Shown: positions 37,997 through 47,134 of the stretch, piece after piece
Numbering within the stretch: position 1 is the first letter of the stretch
Layout: each line of letters opens with the position of its first letter
DNA from: an uncultured Chloroflexota bacterium
Lineage (GTDB): Bacteria; Chloroflexota; Anaerolineae; UBA4142; SHND01
Direction of reading: 5' to 3'
Length of the DNA stretch: 64,000 nt
Assembly (NCBI GenBank): GCA_937870825.1
Contig: CALMZO010000056.1
Span: forward strand, 5,120 to 69,119
Notes under the pieces: model-generated
Seen by the model: the letters and a program-made list of their open reading frames with translations, nothing else
Told to the model about the DNA's origin: nothing
Database searches by the model: none
Translations under genes and position numbers: made by a program

Positions 37997-38825
37997 TTCT
38001 AATGCCGTCAATGATACGCAGCAAAACGCCGCGCGATAATTTCACACCGGGCAATGGCGCACGCGGCGCCAACGGTTCAATCCGAATCGGCTGTGCCATT
38101 TCAATCAGACCGTTTTGCTTCAAACCGTACACGACGCGGCGCACTTGAAATTCATCCAACTGCAAGTATTCGCCGATTTGTTTGATGGTGTTGCGCGAAT
38201 TGATAAACGAAATCACCTGCCACTCTTCGCGCGTCAACGAGATATTGCGCAAGTTCGCCCCGGGGCGTTCCGAAAAACGCAGCGGCACTTCGAGGTCAGG
38301 AATTTCATCGCGCAACTTTTCCCATTCTTGCTGCCGCCGATTCCCTTCCAAAATCACATTTTCCAGCGAGAGGGGAACCGTGATGCGTTCTTCGGGCGGC
38401 AGTTCGTTCGGCTCGAAACGAAAATCGCCCGCGGGCCACGTGAACAATTGATAGACGGTTTCGAGCAAATAGCCGCGCACGCCTTGAATAATATCGTTTT
38501 GCGAGAGATAGCCGTTGTGAATGAGGAGCAAGCCCAGTTCTTTGTCCGTATCCACACGCGAACGTTGTTTGACCGCTTGCGCTTGTTCCGGCGTCAAGCG
38601 TCCAACCTGCACCAACACGTCAGTCAGACGCGCGGGCTTGCCTTCAAACGACGCATGAATCAGGCGCCCTTCCCGAAAATACAACGCGGCCGGCGCGGCA
38701 TGACCGTTCGACCCGACTTGGATTACTTCGGGTTTGATATTCAGTGCGCCGGTTTTGTGCGCCAGATTGATGAGGTTCAGTAACTGGTGCAGTGAAAAAT
38801 CGCGGAGGTTGCCTTTGAGCGCCAT
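37989..38825 (-). CDS. DUF4388/PATAN-like domain protein
   Basis: MALKGNLRDFSL..LL, KTGAL, LYFREGRLIHA, LFTWPAGDFRF. Confidence 0.82.
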   Translation of the reverse strand: MALKGNLRDFSLHQLLNLINLAHKTGALNIKPEVIQVGSNGHAAPAALYFREGRLIHASFEGKPARLTDVLVQVGRLTPEQAQAVKQRSRVDTDKELGLLLIHNGYLSQNDIIQGVRGYLLETVYQLFTWPAGDFRFEPNELPPEERITVPLSLENVILEGNRRQQEWEKLRDEIPDLEVPLRFSERPGANLRNISLTREEWQVISFINSRNTIKQIGEYLQLDEFQVRRVVYGLKQNGLIEMAQPIRIEPLAPRAPLPGVKLSRGVLLRIIDGIRRR

Positions 38826-39057
38826 GCGTAAATTGGGCTGGAACAATCACAGCAAGAATCGGCAAAAAGGATTCTTGCAAAATTGCTAACAACGCATTTC
38901 AAAAGGAATGCAACAGGTTCCGGTCCGGATGACGGGATTTTGCGCCTGCACAGCCATTCCTGAAATGCATTGTAGATGATTATACCTTAAAGGAAAATTC
39001 GACGTCAACAGTACTTGTAGTCATGGGTATAGTTCCCTCTGGGGGCTTGTTGCACAA

Positions 39058-39164
39058 GCGATTAGAAATCGCGGCAACAACCACACAAGTCTGCCCTCGC
39101 AGACTCCAACGTCGTAACGTCCGTAGGGACGTTTCGTGCAATTGTTGGCGCGAATTCGATTCGC
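39058..39164. mobile_element. ~105 bp MITE/REP-like element, copy 2
   Basis: Close match to 1664-1767. Confidence 0.8.
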
Positions 39165-39253
39165 CCGCAGAGGTAGGGCTGGCACAACGGTTTATGGTTG
39201 ACACGAACGCGAACCCAACGATAATCGGCACAGTTCCTTCTCTGGAGACACGC

Positions 39254-39538
39254 ATGGAATTGGACGAACGACGCGCCAAAATTATAGAACAGCTTGCAGC
39301 AGCGCAAGCAGCACACGCGGAATATGAAGCGACGACACTGAACGGCGTGTACGACCAACAATGGGCGGACTGGTACGCCGAGTATTTGCTCGCGCACGGA
39401 TGGAATGATTTATTTTCCCAATCATGGGCCGCGGATTCTCTCACCGCCGCGCTCCGCCAAGCCGATGCTGCCCACCGCGCCACCGCGCCGCAACAGCGAT
39501 GGCACGAGTTTTACGCCGCGCAGTTCGTGCCGAGCTAG
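39254..39538 (+). CDS. Small hypothetical protein
   Basis: GGAG before ATG; AH.EYE..D..WADWYA and W..FYA motifs. Confidence 0.6.
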   Translation: MELDERRAKIIEQLAAAQAAHAEYEATTLNGVYDQQWADWYAEYLLAHGWNDLFSQSWAADSLTAALRQADAAHRATAPQQRWHEFYAAQFVPS

Positions 39539-40938
39539 CTTGACGACAATCCCAGTTCACGCAGTGTGGACACCACGTCACGCAGCCGCGCGTCATCCCG
39601 TATCCCCAAATCCGCACATGCCCGCGCCAGTTCGTCGCCCCATGTTTCGCCCGCATCAACGTTCGGCGCATCCAACGCGACACGTTCTTGAAATGATATG
39701 GCAGCCGCATCAATTTCAAAGTCGCGCGGCGGCGTCCACGCTTTGATGTACGAGCAACTTGTCGCGCGTTCCTCGATTGCCGCGCGCAAAAAATCCACAT
39801 AGGCGCGCGCGGCAATTTCCAACGTGTGTCCTTGTTCCACAAACGCCCGCGCAAATTTTCCGAGCAGCATTCCGCGTCGCGCGTCGCGCGCAAAAAATTC
39901 AAACGCGTCGCACAAATTTTTTTCTTCCCGCGCGTCCGCGCGAACTTTAACACACGTCGCGTCAGGCAAATCCGAAAACGCGCCCGTGTCCGTGACGATG
40001 CACGCCTTTTCCGCCGCAAACAAACGCAGCAAACTCGCCGACGTTTCGCCCGCCGTCGGATACCGCAAATTCAAACACAAGTCCGCCGCGGCAATGTACG
40101 CATCGTACGTTTCGCGCGGCGCGTACCCAATCAAGTCCACCGCATCCGCAATGCCAAGCGTTTTCGTCGCGCCGCGCACGTCAAACAACGGCGACACGCG
40201 TCCAACCAACACAAAACGCGAATCCGGAAAGCGCGCGCGAAATTTTGCAAACGCTTCGAGCGCGGGCAGCACGCGTTTGTTCGGCTGCGCATCGCCAAAC
40301 ATTGCAATCACAAATTCGTCACGCGCGAGCTGCAAGGTTGCGCGCGCCGCATCACGCGACATGATTTTCGGAATCTCGATGCCCATCGGAATGACGGCGA
40401 GCGGCGTTTTCGGCGCGAGCGGTTGAAGTTGTCTCGCCGCATAGTCGCTGTGAACAATCAATGCCCGCGCCGCGCGTGCGACATTTTCATTCAACGGAAA
40501 TTCAAAACGGTCCGCGAGCGCGCGCCCGCCGATTTCTCCCCACGCCGCGCGTTCACCTTGCTCACCATATTCGCGTTTCATCGCGGCGAGATAGTCCGCG
40601 CGGTTCCCGCGTTCCAATGTCAACCACGCGCGTAAATGATGCAGCACCACATCGTGCATCACCACCACGCCGGGGAATTTCAACAGCGTTTCATAAATCT
40701 CGGCGTGCGCGGGCGAATTGCCCATGTGATACAAAATCACATCGTACCGGGATGCGCGCGCGTGAAATTCGTTCAACGAACGCTGCGGAAAATGTTTCAG
40801 CGCGCGATTCGTTGGCGCGTAACTGTCAACGACAATTTCAATCTCGGCGTACTCTGCGAGATACGGCAATAGTTCTTCCGAATAATCGCTGATGCCCGTC
40901 GGCGCGGGATTGAGCGGAGAAAAAAATGCGACAAGCAT
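39535..40938 (-). CDS. GT4-like glycosyltransferase
   Basis: FSPLNPAPTGISDYS, YHMGNS, NLRYPTAGETSASL. Confidence 0.85.
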   Translation of the reverse strand: MLVAFFSPLNPAPTGISDYSEELLPYLAEYAEIEIVVDSYAPTNRALKHFPQRSLNEFHARASRYDVILYHMGNSPAHAEIYETLLKFPGVVVMHDVVLHHLRAWLTLERGNRADYLAAMKREYGEQGERAAWGEIGGRALADRFEFPLNENVARAARALIVHSDYAARQLQPLAPKTPLAVIPMGIEIPKIMSRDAARATLQLARDEFVIAMFGDAQPNKRVLPALEAFAKFRARFPDSRFVLVGRVSPLFDVRGATKTLGIADAVDLIGYAPRETYDAYIAAADLCLNLRYPTAGETSASLLRLFAAEKACIVTDTGAFSDLPDATCVKVRADAREEKNLCDAFEFFARDARRGMLLGKFARAFVEQGHTLEIAARAYVDFLRAAIEERATSCSYIKAWTPPRDFEIDAAAISFQERVALDAPNVDAGETWGDELARACADLGIRDDARLRDVVSTLRELGLSSS

Positions 40939-40939
40939 G

Positions 40940-41005
40940 AATGAACAACGGACAATAGAGAATAGAAAATCACCGAATCACCGAATCACCCAATCTCGAA
41001 TCTCT
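40940..41005. repeat. Mixed 7/8-mer array filling the intergenic gap
   Basis: AATGAAC AACGGAC AATAGAG AATAGAA AATCACCG AATCACCG AATCACCC AATCTCG AATCTCT. Confidence 0.75.
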
Positions 41006-41555
41006 ATCTTTTCAATCCCGCGCGTAGCACTGCCGCCAGCTGGCGCATTGCAGGCACAAACGCGTGAACGCCCAACGGCTGCATCAACGGCAATGACGCA
41101 TACACAATTCCCGCCGGCGTGCTGCCAAACAAACTCAACAGCGCGGCTTGGGCGAGCCGTTGATGTTCGCTCGAATCCGGATTCAAATTCGCAAACGCAT
41201 GTTTGATATATCCCAAATCAATGCCCAATTCATCGCCCACAAATGCCTGGGCGGTGTACGCGCGAATTTCTTGCTGCACCGAATCAATCCAAAATGTTTG
41301 TTCGACGTGACACGCTTCGTGCGCCAACAGGGATGCCCATGCCTTGAAATCCCAATCGCTCGCATCGGCGCGCAGCGGCATGAGAAAAATCGTATTGATA
41401 AAATTCAGCGTGAACCCGCCGTAAATTTTTGGTGTGACGCGAACGCGCGTGCGGCGTTCGTCCAAAACTTTTGCAAGTTCGCGCGCGCGCGGTCCTGCAT
41501 TTTGCAAAACTTGAAACGCGCGTAGCGCGTCGGGGTGGTCAATGCGCGCGTTCAT
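41004..41555 (-). CDS. Small HExxH (zincin-like) protein
   Basis: LLAHEACHVEQ...EIRAY; ATG overlaps upstream TGA. Confidence 0.65.
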   Translation of the reverse strand: MNARIDHPDALRAFQVLQNAGPRARELAKVLDERRTRVRVTPKIYGGFTLNFINTIFLMPLRADASDWDFKAWASLLAHEACHVEQTFWIDSVQQEIRAYTAQAFVGDELGIDLGYIKHAFANLNPDSSEHQRLAQAALLSLFGSTPAGIVYASLPLMQPLGVHAFVPAMRQLAAVLRAGLKR

Positions 41556-42580
41556 TGCGTCAATTGCTCGACGACGGTGTTCCACGAAATGTCGCGCACG
41601 CGTTCCCGTCCGCGTTCACCCAACACACGGCATTGCGCCGCATCCTCGAACGCATACGCCAGCGCGCGCGCAGTCTCATCGAGCTCCACTCGCGTCACCC
41701 AACCATCCTTTTCATTTTCCACAAATTCCAAAATGCCGCCCGCGTCGTCCGTCGTAATCACGGGACGCGCCGCCATCAATGCTTCTACCGCGACGAATCC
41801 GTAATCTTCGTCTATCGGCGCATAAAACACCGCGCGCGCATTTGCGTACAGTTCCAACACCCGCGCATCGTCCACAAAGCCCAAGAATTCGACGCGTGAT
41901 GCGAGGTTCAATGAATGTGCGAGGCGCTGCAAATTTTTTTCTTCTGCGCCCGTTCCCGCGATGAGGACGCGCCCGCGTTTTGTTTTGGCGAGAGCGCGCA
42001 GCAGCACATCAATTCGTTTCGTGCGGTCCAAACGTCCGACATACAACACGTAATCGCCATATTCGCCCGCGTAAAATTTTCCCGCGAGTCGTGGGGGCGG
42101 ATACAGCGGCGTCGCGTCGAGCGCGTTAAAACGTTTCAGCCGCGCCGCGACATTTTTAGAAATTGCAAAGCGCGCGTGCGCTTCGCTCAACGCGCGCGTG
42201 TCGAGTTCAAAAATTTGCTGACGCGTTTTCTGGTCGTCGGGCGACGCGGTAAATTCCGAAAGCGGTGTGCCGTACCAATCGTACGCCTGCCGATATTGAT
42301 GCACGAGCCAGACAATTTTGTGCGGATGCTGCGCGGCGTACGAAGGAAATTTTGTGGCGATGATGCGGTCTATTTTGACGCCGTTCGCCATTTTCAAGTC
42401 GAGCAAGCGCCACGCCAACGCGGACTTGAACAATTCCGCGTGCGGCAGCCACTGGAACGGCAGCGCGACAATTTCTGCGCGATGCCCGCGCGTTTTGAGC
42501 GCGTCGCACAATCCCTCTGCCAACATTTCCGCGCCCCCGCGCGCAAACGGCACCTGGGCGGAACAAACAAGGATGTTCAT
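41552..42580 (-). CDS. GT4 glycosyltransferase
   Basis: QVPFARGGAE, VGRLDRTKR, EDYGFVAVEA. Confidence 0.9.
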   Translation of the reverse strand: MNILVCSAQVPFARGGAEMLAEGLCDALKTRGHRAEIVALPFQWLPHAELFKSALAWRLLDLKMANGVKIDRIIATKFPSYAAQHPHKIVWLVHQYRQAYDWYGTPLSEFTASPDDQKTRQQIFELDTRALSEAHARFAISKNVAARLKRFNALDATPLYPPPRLAGKFYAGEYGDYVLYVGRLDRTKRIDVLLRALAKTKRGRVLIAGTGAEEKNLQRLAHSLNLASRVEFLGFVDDARVLELYANARAVFYAPIDEDYGFVAVEALMAARPVITTDDAGGILEFVENEKDGWVTRVELDETARALAYAFEDAAQCRVLGERGRERVRDISWNTVVEQLTQ

Positions 42581-42584
42581 CGCT

Positions 42585-42683
42585 TATCGCGTAGAGCGTA
42601 TTGCATATCACAAATCCGTTTTCACGTTTGACGTTTGACGCTTCACGTTTGACGCTTCACGTTTGACGTTTCACGATTCTCGT
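42585..42683. repeat. Heptamer arrays, including TTSACGY x8
   Basis: TTCACGT TTGACGT TTGACGC TTCACGT TTGACGC TTCACGT TTGACGT TTCACGA; contains the stop at 42671. Confidence 0.9.
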
Positions 42684-43039
42684 TTCTCTCCCTCTTCCAA
42701 TGTTGCAATTCTCTTTTCCAATTCCGTTATCCGATGCTCTTGCGCGGCAAGTTCGGTCAAGGCGCGCGCCACCTCGCGATTGAATTGGTTTTGCTGTTGG
42801 ACGAGTGTGTTCAACAATTCCACAATGACGCGCCGCGTCACGCGTTTTACCAAATACACCGCGCGCCACGCGAACGGCGCGCCGGGTGCGGGGGGGGGCA
42901 GCGTCGCGGCAATGTGCCACTGCGCGTTCACCTGCGCGATGGCTTTTTGCAATGCCGAGAGCTCTCTTGTGGACGAAGGCGCGCGTTGGACGCGAGCGCG
43001 CAGTTCTGCCAATTCGCGTTCGATGTCTGGTTGTGACAT
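42671..43039 (-). CDS. Small coiled-coil protein
   Basis: VKRVTRRVI amphipathic segment, QQNQFNREVARAL..LEKRIATLE. Confidence 0.7.
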   Translation of the reverse strand: MSQPDIERELAELRARVQRAPSSTRELSALQKAIAQVNAQWHIAATLPPPAPGAPFAWRAVYLVKRVTRRVIVELLNTLVQQQNQFNREVARALTELAAQEHRITELEKRIATLEEGEKRES

Positions 43040-43043
43040 GTGG

Positions 43044-44378
43044 TTAATTCCGTCGCCCGAACGTCGGCACAAAACGTTTGACGCGTTCCAAGCTTGTCCC
43101 GAGCGCAATCGAGGGATTGCTGCGCGCTTGCGCGATGGCTTCCAATTCGCGCGCCCATTGTGTTACGCTCGCCAATTCTTGTTCCAACGCGTTCGCGTAC
43201 CGCATGACCGCGTGGGCATCGGGTTTCGCAAAACTGGGCAAAATTTCTCGACTCGCGTTTTTGTTTGAACGCGCGTGGGTCTCGCCAAGAATTTGCAGCA
43301 ACATGTCTGCGCGCGCAGCCCACGTTTGCTGCGCGAGAAATTCATTCAACACGCGCGCATGGACGCGCGTCTGCGCGGCATCTTGAATCGCTTGCGCGAA
43401 TTCTTGTGGCGAATACGCGACGCGCACATACGGCAGCTGTTCCAACTGCGGCGCGTACGATGCGACGACGGGCAGTTGCGCGGCGAGATATTCGTAAATT
43501 TTTATCGGGTCACGTCCGCGCGTGAAATCATTTTCGGGAAACGGCGCGAGCGCGACATCGAATGCTGCCGCATACTTGGGCAACTCTGCATGTGCAATCG
43601 CGCCGTGAAAAAAAATGTTTGGAAAATTTTTCAAACGTTCACGCACCGACGGACGATGCGGTTCGGGGTCCACCGCGCCGAGCAAATGAATCCGCCAACG
43701 CGGACGCGCGCGCGCGACATGCGCGACGATTTCCGTATCGAACATCGCCTCCATCAGCGTTCCCCAAAAACCGAGTGTCAATTCGCCGCGCTGCGCATTC
43801 GGCGCGCGCGCCGCATTGCGTTGCCACAAGTTCGCGTCAATGCCATTCGGAATCACCTGCGCGCGGTTTCCAAAACGCGCGAGCGAATTGGCAATGTGCG
43901 GGGTGACGCCGAGCAGCACATCGCTTTCGTGTACGAGAAAAATTTCTGCATCGGTTACAAATTGCGTGTACCCCAACGCGGGCGCGGCGGCGAAATCGTC
44001 CATTGCGTAATAGACAATTTTGAAATGGTGTGCGCGCAACAACGGAATCATTCGCGCGAACGGGTCAAAGGGCGCGGAAAAAATCGCGACGCGCGTTTGA
44101 GTTTCTGAAATGCGCGCGAGTATATTTTTCGCAACGCCCGCGAGTTCACCCGTCGGCAGTCCAAACCACGCGCGCCGCAATTCCGTTTGCGTCATGCCGA
44201 GTTCCGTCAATGCCACAATTTCAATCGGCAAACGTTCGACGTTGCGCGTCGCCGCCGGCTGCGGCTCGACAAACAAAACGGAATGTCCGCGCTGCGCGAG
44301 CGCGCGCGAAATTTGCGTCGGGTTGTGCGCGCCGCCCGCTTCATCCCATGCGAGGGTGCTGAAATAAATCACATTCAT
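43044..44378 (-). CDS. Glycosyltransferase (TuaH/GumK-like GT-B) with coiled-coil tail
   Basis: IPNGID, LGFWGTL, FDVALAPF, DPIKIYEYLAA. Confidence 0.85.
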   Translation of the reverse strand: MNVIYFSTLAWDEAGGAHNPTQISRALAQRGHSVLFVEPQPAATRNVERLPIEIVALTELGMTQTELRRAWFGLPTGELAGVAKNILARISETQTRVAIFSAPFDPFARMIPLLRAHHFKIVYYAMDDFAAAPALGYTQFVTDAEIFLVHESDVLLGVTPHIANSLARFGNRAQVIPNGIDANLWQRNAARAPNAQRGELTLGFWGTLMEAMFDTEIVAHVARARPRWRIHLLGAVDPEPHRPSVRERLKNFPNIFFHGAIAHAELPKYAAAFDVALAPFPENDFTRGRDPIKIYEYLAAQLPVVASYAPQLEQLPYVRVAYSPQEFAQAIQDAAQTRVHARVLNEFLAQQTWAARADMLLQILGETHARSNKNASREILPSFAKPDAHAVMRYANALEQELASVTQWARELEAIAQARSNPSIALGTSLERVKRFVPTFGRRN

Positions 44379-45664
44379 CTTGACGTTTGACGTTTCACGT
44401 TTGCTGACTCACGTATCAACGTTTCATACAACGCGCGCACTTGGACGTACTGCTGTTCCCATGTCATTGCGCGCAAAACTTTTTTGTGTCCGTGTTCGCC
44501 GAAACGTTTTGCTAACGCGCGGTCACTTGACAACTGCACGATGCGCGCCGCAATCGCGTCGACGTCGCCGAATTTTACCAAAAATCCGTTTTCCCCGTCG
44601 TCAATCACTTCGGGAACGCCGCCCGCCTGCGCGCCAATCACCGGCTTGTCGTACAGCCACGCTTCGAGATAGACAATGCCAAAGGAATCGGTGCGCGAGG
44701 GCATGACGAACACATCGCACGCGGCGAGCAAATCACGTTTCGTCGCATCGTCAATGAAACCGAGCTGCCGCACGCGGCGTTTCACTTCAGCAGGTTGCTG
44801 CGCGAAAAATGCTTCAAAGGCGGACATTTGTGAACCTGCGAGTACGAGCGTTGCATCTGTTTTTTCCCAAACGCGTTGCATCGCTTCAACCAAATGGACG
44901 GTGCCTTTGTCGAACGCGGCAGTCCCGATATAGGCGACGATGGGCGATTCGACATTGAACGCGGCGCGGAAACGCGCGGCATCTCCGCCCGCCAATGCTT
45001 TGGGTTCAACGCCCGCGCCGATGCGGTGAATTTTTTCGCGCGCAATGCCGTGTTCCATCAACGCTTCCCCCTCGCGCTGCGTCATCACAATCACCGCGTC
45101 CGCGCGTTGCAGCATTTCCAATTGATGAGGCATCGTGTAAAAGCGGCGCACCTGCGCGTCGTCGTCTTCGCCCAAATGCAAAAACGGCGTCAATACGAAC
45201 GGAATTTTTTTGCGCCGCGCGAGCCGATACGCCGCGTACACACACGAATCGAGCGAAATGTTTGCGGTATGCACGAGGTCAAAGTGTTCGGACGTGGTGT
45301 CGAGGGCAGCGTCGAGCGAAGGAACGTACGGCGTCAAACGCGCGAGCGAAAATAGAAATCGTGTGCTGACGAACGGCATTTGTGAAAGCAATGCCATGCC
45401 GCGTTTGAAAATTGGAAACGTGAGCGGTGACAGCGGCAAGTATTTGATTTCGAAACGTTCGATAAACACGTCATTGTGCGTTTCGTTGACCAATTCCACC
45501 GCGCGTTTGTCGGCGCGCCAAAAACGTTCGAGGTCCCACGCGTCGGTAGTGTACACGGTGATGGCGTGTCCGTCGCGCGCGAGGCGTTCGGCGATTTCTT
45601 GGAACGTGAGTTCCGCGCCGCCGATGTATGGATAGTAACGCTGAATGACGTGAAGGATTTTCAA
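44375..45664 (-). CDS. GT4 glycosyltransferase
   Basis: YYPYIGGAE, MPSRTDSFGIVYLEAW, GGVPEVI. Confidence 0.9.
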   Translation of the reverse strand: MKILHVIQRYYPYIGGAELTFQEIAERLARDGHAITVYTTDAWDLERFWRADKRAVELVNETHNDVFIERFEIKYLPLSPLTFPIFKRGMALLSQMPFVSTRFLFSLARLTPYVPSLDAALDTTSEHFDLVHTANISLDSCVYAAYRLARRKKIPFVLTPFLHLGEDDDAQVRRFYTMPHQLEMLQRADAVIVMTQREGEALMEHGIAREKIHRIGAGVEPKALAGGDAARFRAAFNVESPIVAYIGTAAFDKGTVHLVEAMQRVWEKTDATLVLAGSQMSAFEAFFAQQPAEVKRRVRQLGFIDDATKRDLLAACDVFVMPSRTDSFGIVYLEAWLYDKPVIGAQAGGVPEVIDDGENGFLVKFGDVDAIAARIVQLSSDRALAKRFGEHGHKKVLRAMTWEQQYVQVRALYETLIRESANVKRQTSR

Positions 45665-45670
45665 GATGCG

Positions 45671-47011
45671 TCAATCTAGCTTTAATGCGCGTTTGATTTT
45701 TTTGGAAACGGTTGATTCGCGCAATGCGTTTTCCAAATCGCCAATGTGGTTCTCGCGGTCCTGGACGATACGTTCAAGATGCTGCGCGTATGCGCGCCAG
45801 CGGTCTGTTTCCCTGTCCGCGTTCGGTATTGCGCCGCGCGGGGGGGGGGGCAAGGTGCGCGCGTGATGCGGCAGGGCGTTCAATTCCTTCCACAGCGCGT
45901 CGGTACGTTTCGCCCACGTTTGTTCTGCGAGATACGCGTCAAGTTCTGCGCGCGAAATCGGTTCCTGCGCCGCGCGTTCAATGTGTTGTAAAAATTCATT
46001 CGCATCGCGCGCGAGATAGACATGGGGCATGTCGGCAAGTTGTTCGAGATGCGTCGCGATGACCGGTTTATAGCAGGCAAGATATTCGTACACTTTCAAG
46101 GGGTCGCGCGCGAGATTGAATGGCGTAACCGGTGTAGGCAAAACGCACGCATCAAAATGTGTCGCGTACTGCGCCAATGTTTCGCGCGTGACGCTTGGAT
46201 GAAAATGTACGTTGTGTGATGCGAGGGCGCTTGCAATCGAAGGGCGTGCGGCGTCAAGGTCATGCGCGCCGATAAAATGCCACTGCCAATTTGGACGCGC
46301 GCGCGTCAGCGTTTGCAGCAGCGGTACATCCAAATTGTAATCCCACATCGTCCCCCAGAACCCAAGTGTGATTTCGCCGCGTACAAGACCTGCGGGGTTG
46401 GGCGAACTCGGTTCGCCATAAAACACTCGCGGGTCTTGTACACGAAACGGTTCGAGGTCAACACCATCGCGAATCAGCGCGACATTTTTTTGTGCTTGCC
46501 CTGAGCCAGACGAACGGGCGAGAAATTTTTCGCGCAAACGCGGCGAGAGCGTAACAATCAAATCGGAATTTTCCGCGAGATACGTTTCCGCGACATCATC
46601 ATAACAAAACACATTCAACGCGCGCATCTCTGATATGTCATCCAACACATCATACACGAGCGCGTATCCGCGCGCGGCAAAGGGCGCGAGCAGTTCGAGC
46701 GCGGGGCGAAAGGGCGCAGAGCAAATGACGACGCCCGGTTCGTCCGAAAAGACATGCGGCAAACGCGTCTCGAGGTCAGTGGGCGCTGCATAGTCAAACC
46801 CGTACCACGCGCGCACAACCGTCTGTTCGTCCCAACCCAGCTGCTGCAAATTCAAAACCGAGAGCGGAGACTCGTCCGGCGAGCGGCTCTTTTCGATTTC
46901 GATGTAAGCGACGGAATGCCCGCGCTGCGACAGTTCACGCGCGAATTGGACCGGGCGATGCGCCCCGCCGGAATTGTCGGCGGCGATGGGGCTGATGAAA
47001 ACGATGTGCAT
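45671..47011 (-). CDS. Glycosyltransferase (TuaH-like) with coiled-coil tail
   Basis: YDVLDD, LGFWGTM, DPLKVYEYLAC. Confidence 0.85.
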   Translation of the reverse strand: MHIVFISPIAADNSGGAHRPVQFARELSQRGHSVAYIEIEKSRSPDESPLSVLNLQQLGWDEQTVVRAWYGFDYAAPTDLETRLPHVFSDEPGVVICSAPFRPALELLAPFAARGYALVYDVLDDISEMRALNVFCYDDVAETYLAENSDLIVTLSPRLREKFLARSSGSGQAQKNVALIRDGVDLEPFRVQDPRVFYGEPSSPNPAGLVRGEITLGFWGTMWDYNLDVPLLQTLTRARPNWQWHFIGAHDLDAARPSIASALASHNVHFHPSVTRETLAQYATHFDACVLPTPVTPFNLARDPLKVYEYLACYKPVIATHLEQLADMPHVYLARDANEFLQHIERAAQEPISRAELDAYLAEQTWAKRTDALWKELNALPHHARTLPPPPRGAIPNADRETDRWRAYAQHLERIVQDRENHIGDLENALRESTVSKKIKRALKLD

Positions 47012-47134
47012 GAAGCGTAAAACGTTAAGCGTTAAATACAAAAATCATGTTGCAAAATGTAAATACTTGTTATAAAAGATTGTTTCATGTGTAATACAAA
47101 TATAGAAAACTATATCTAGTGAAGATTATTGAGA

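Noticed and set aside
39023-39253. N-terminal extension of the 39254 ORF
   Set aside because: It runs through the MITE copy; the SD-ATG at 39254 is a better start
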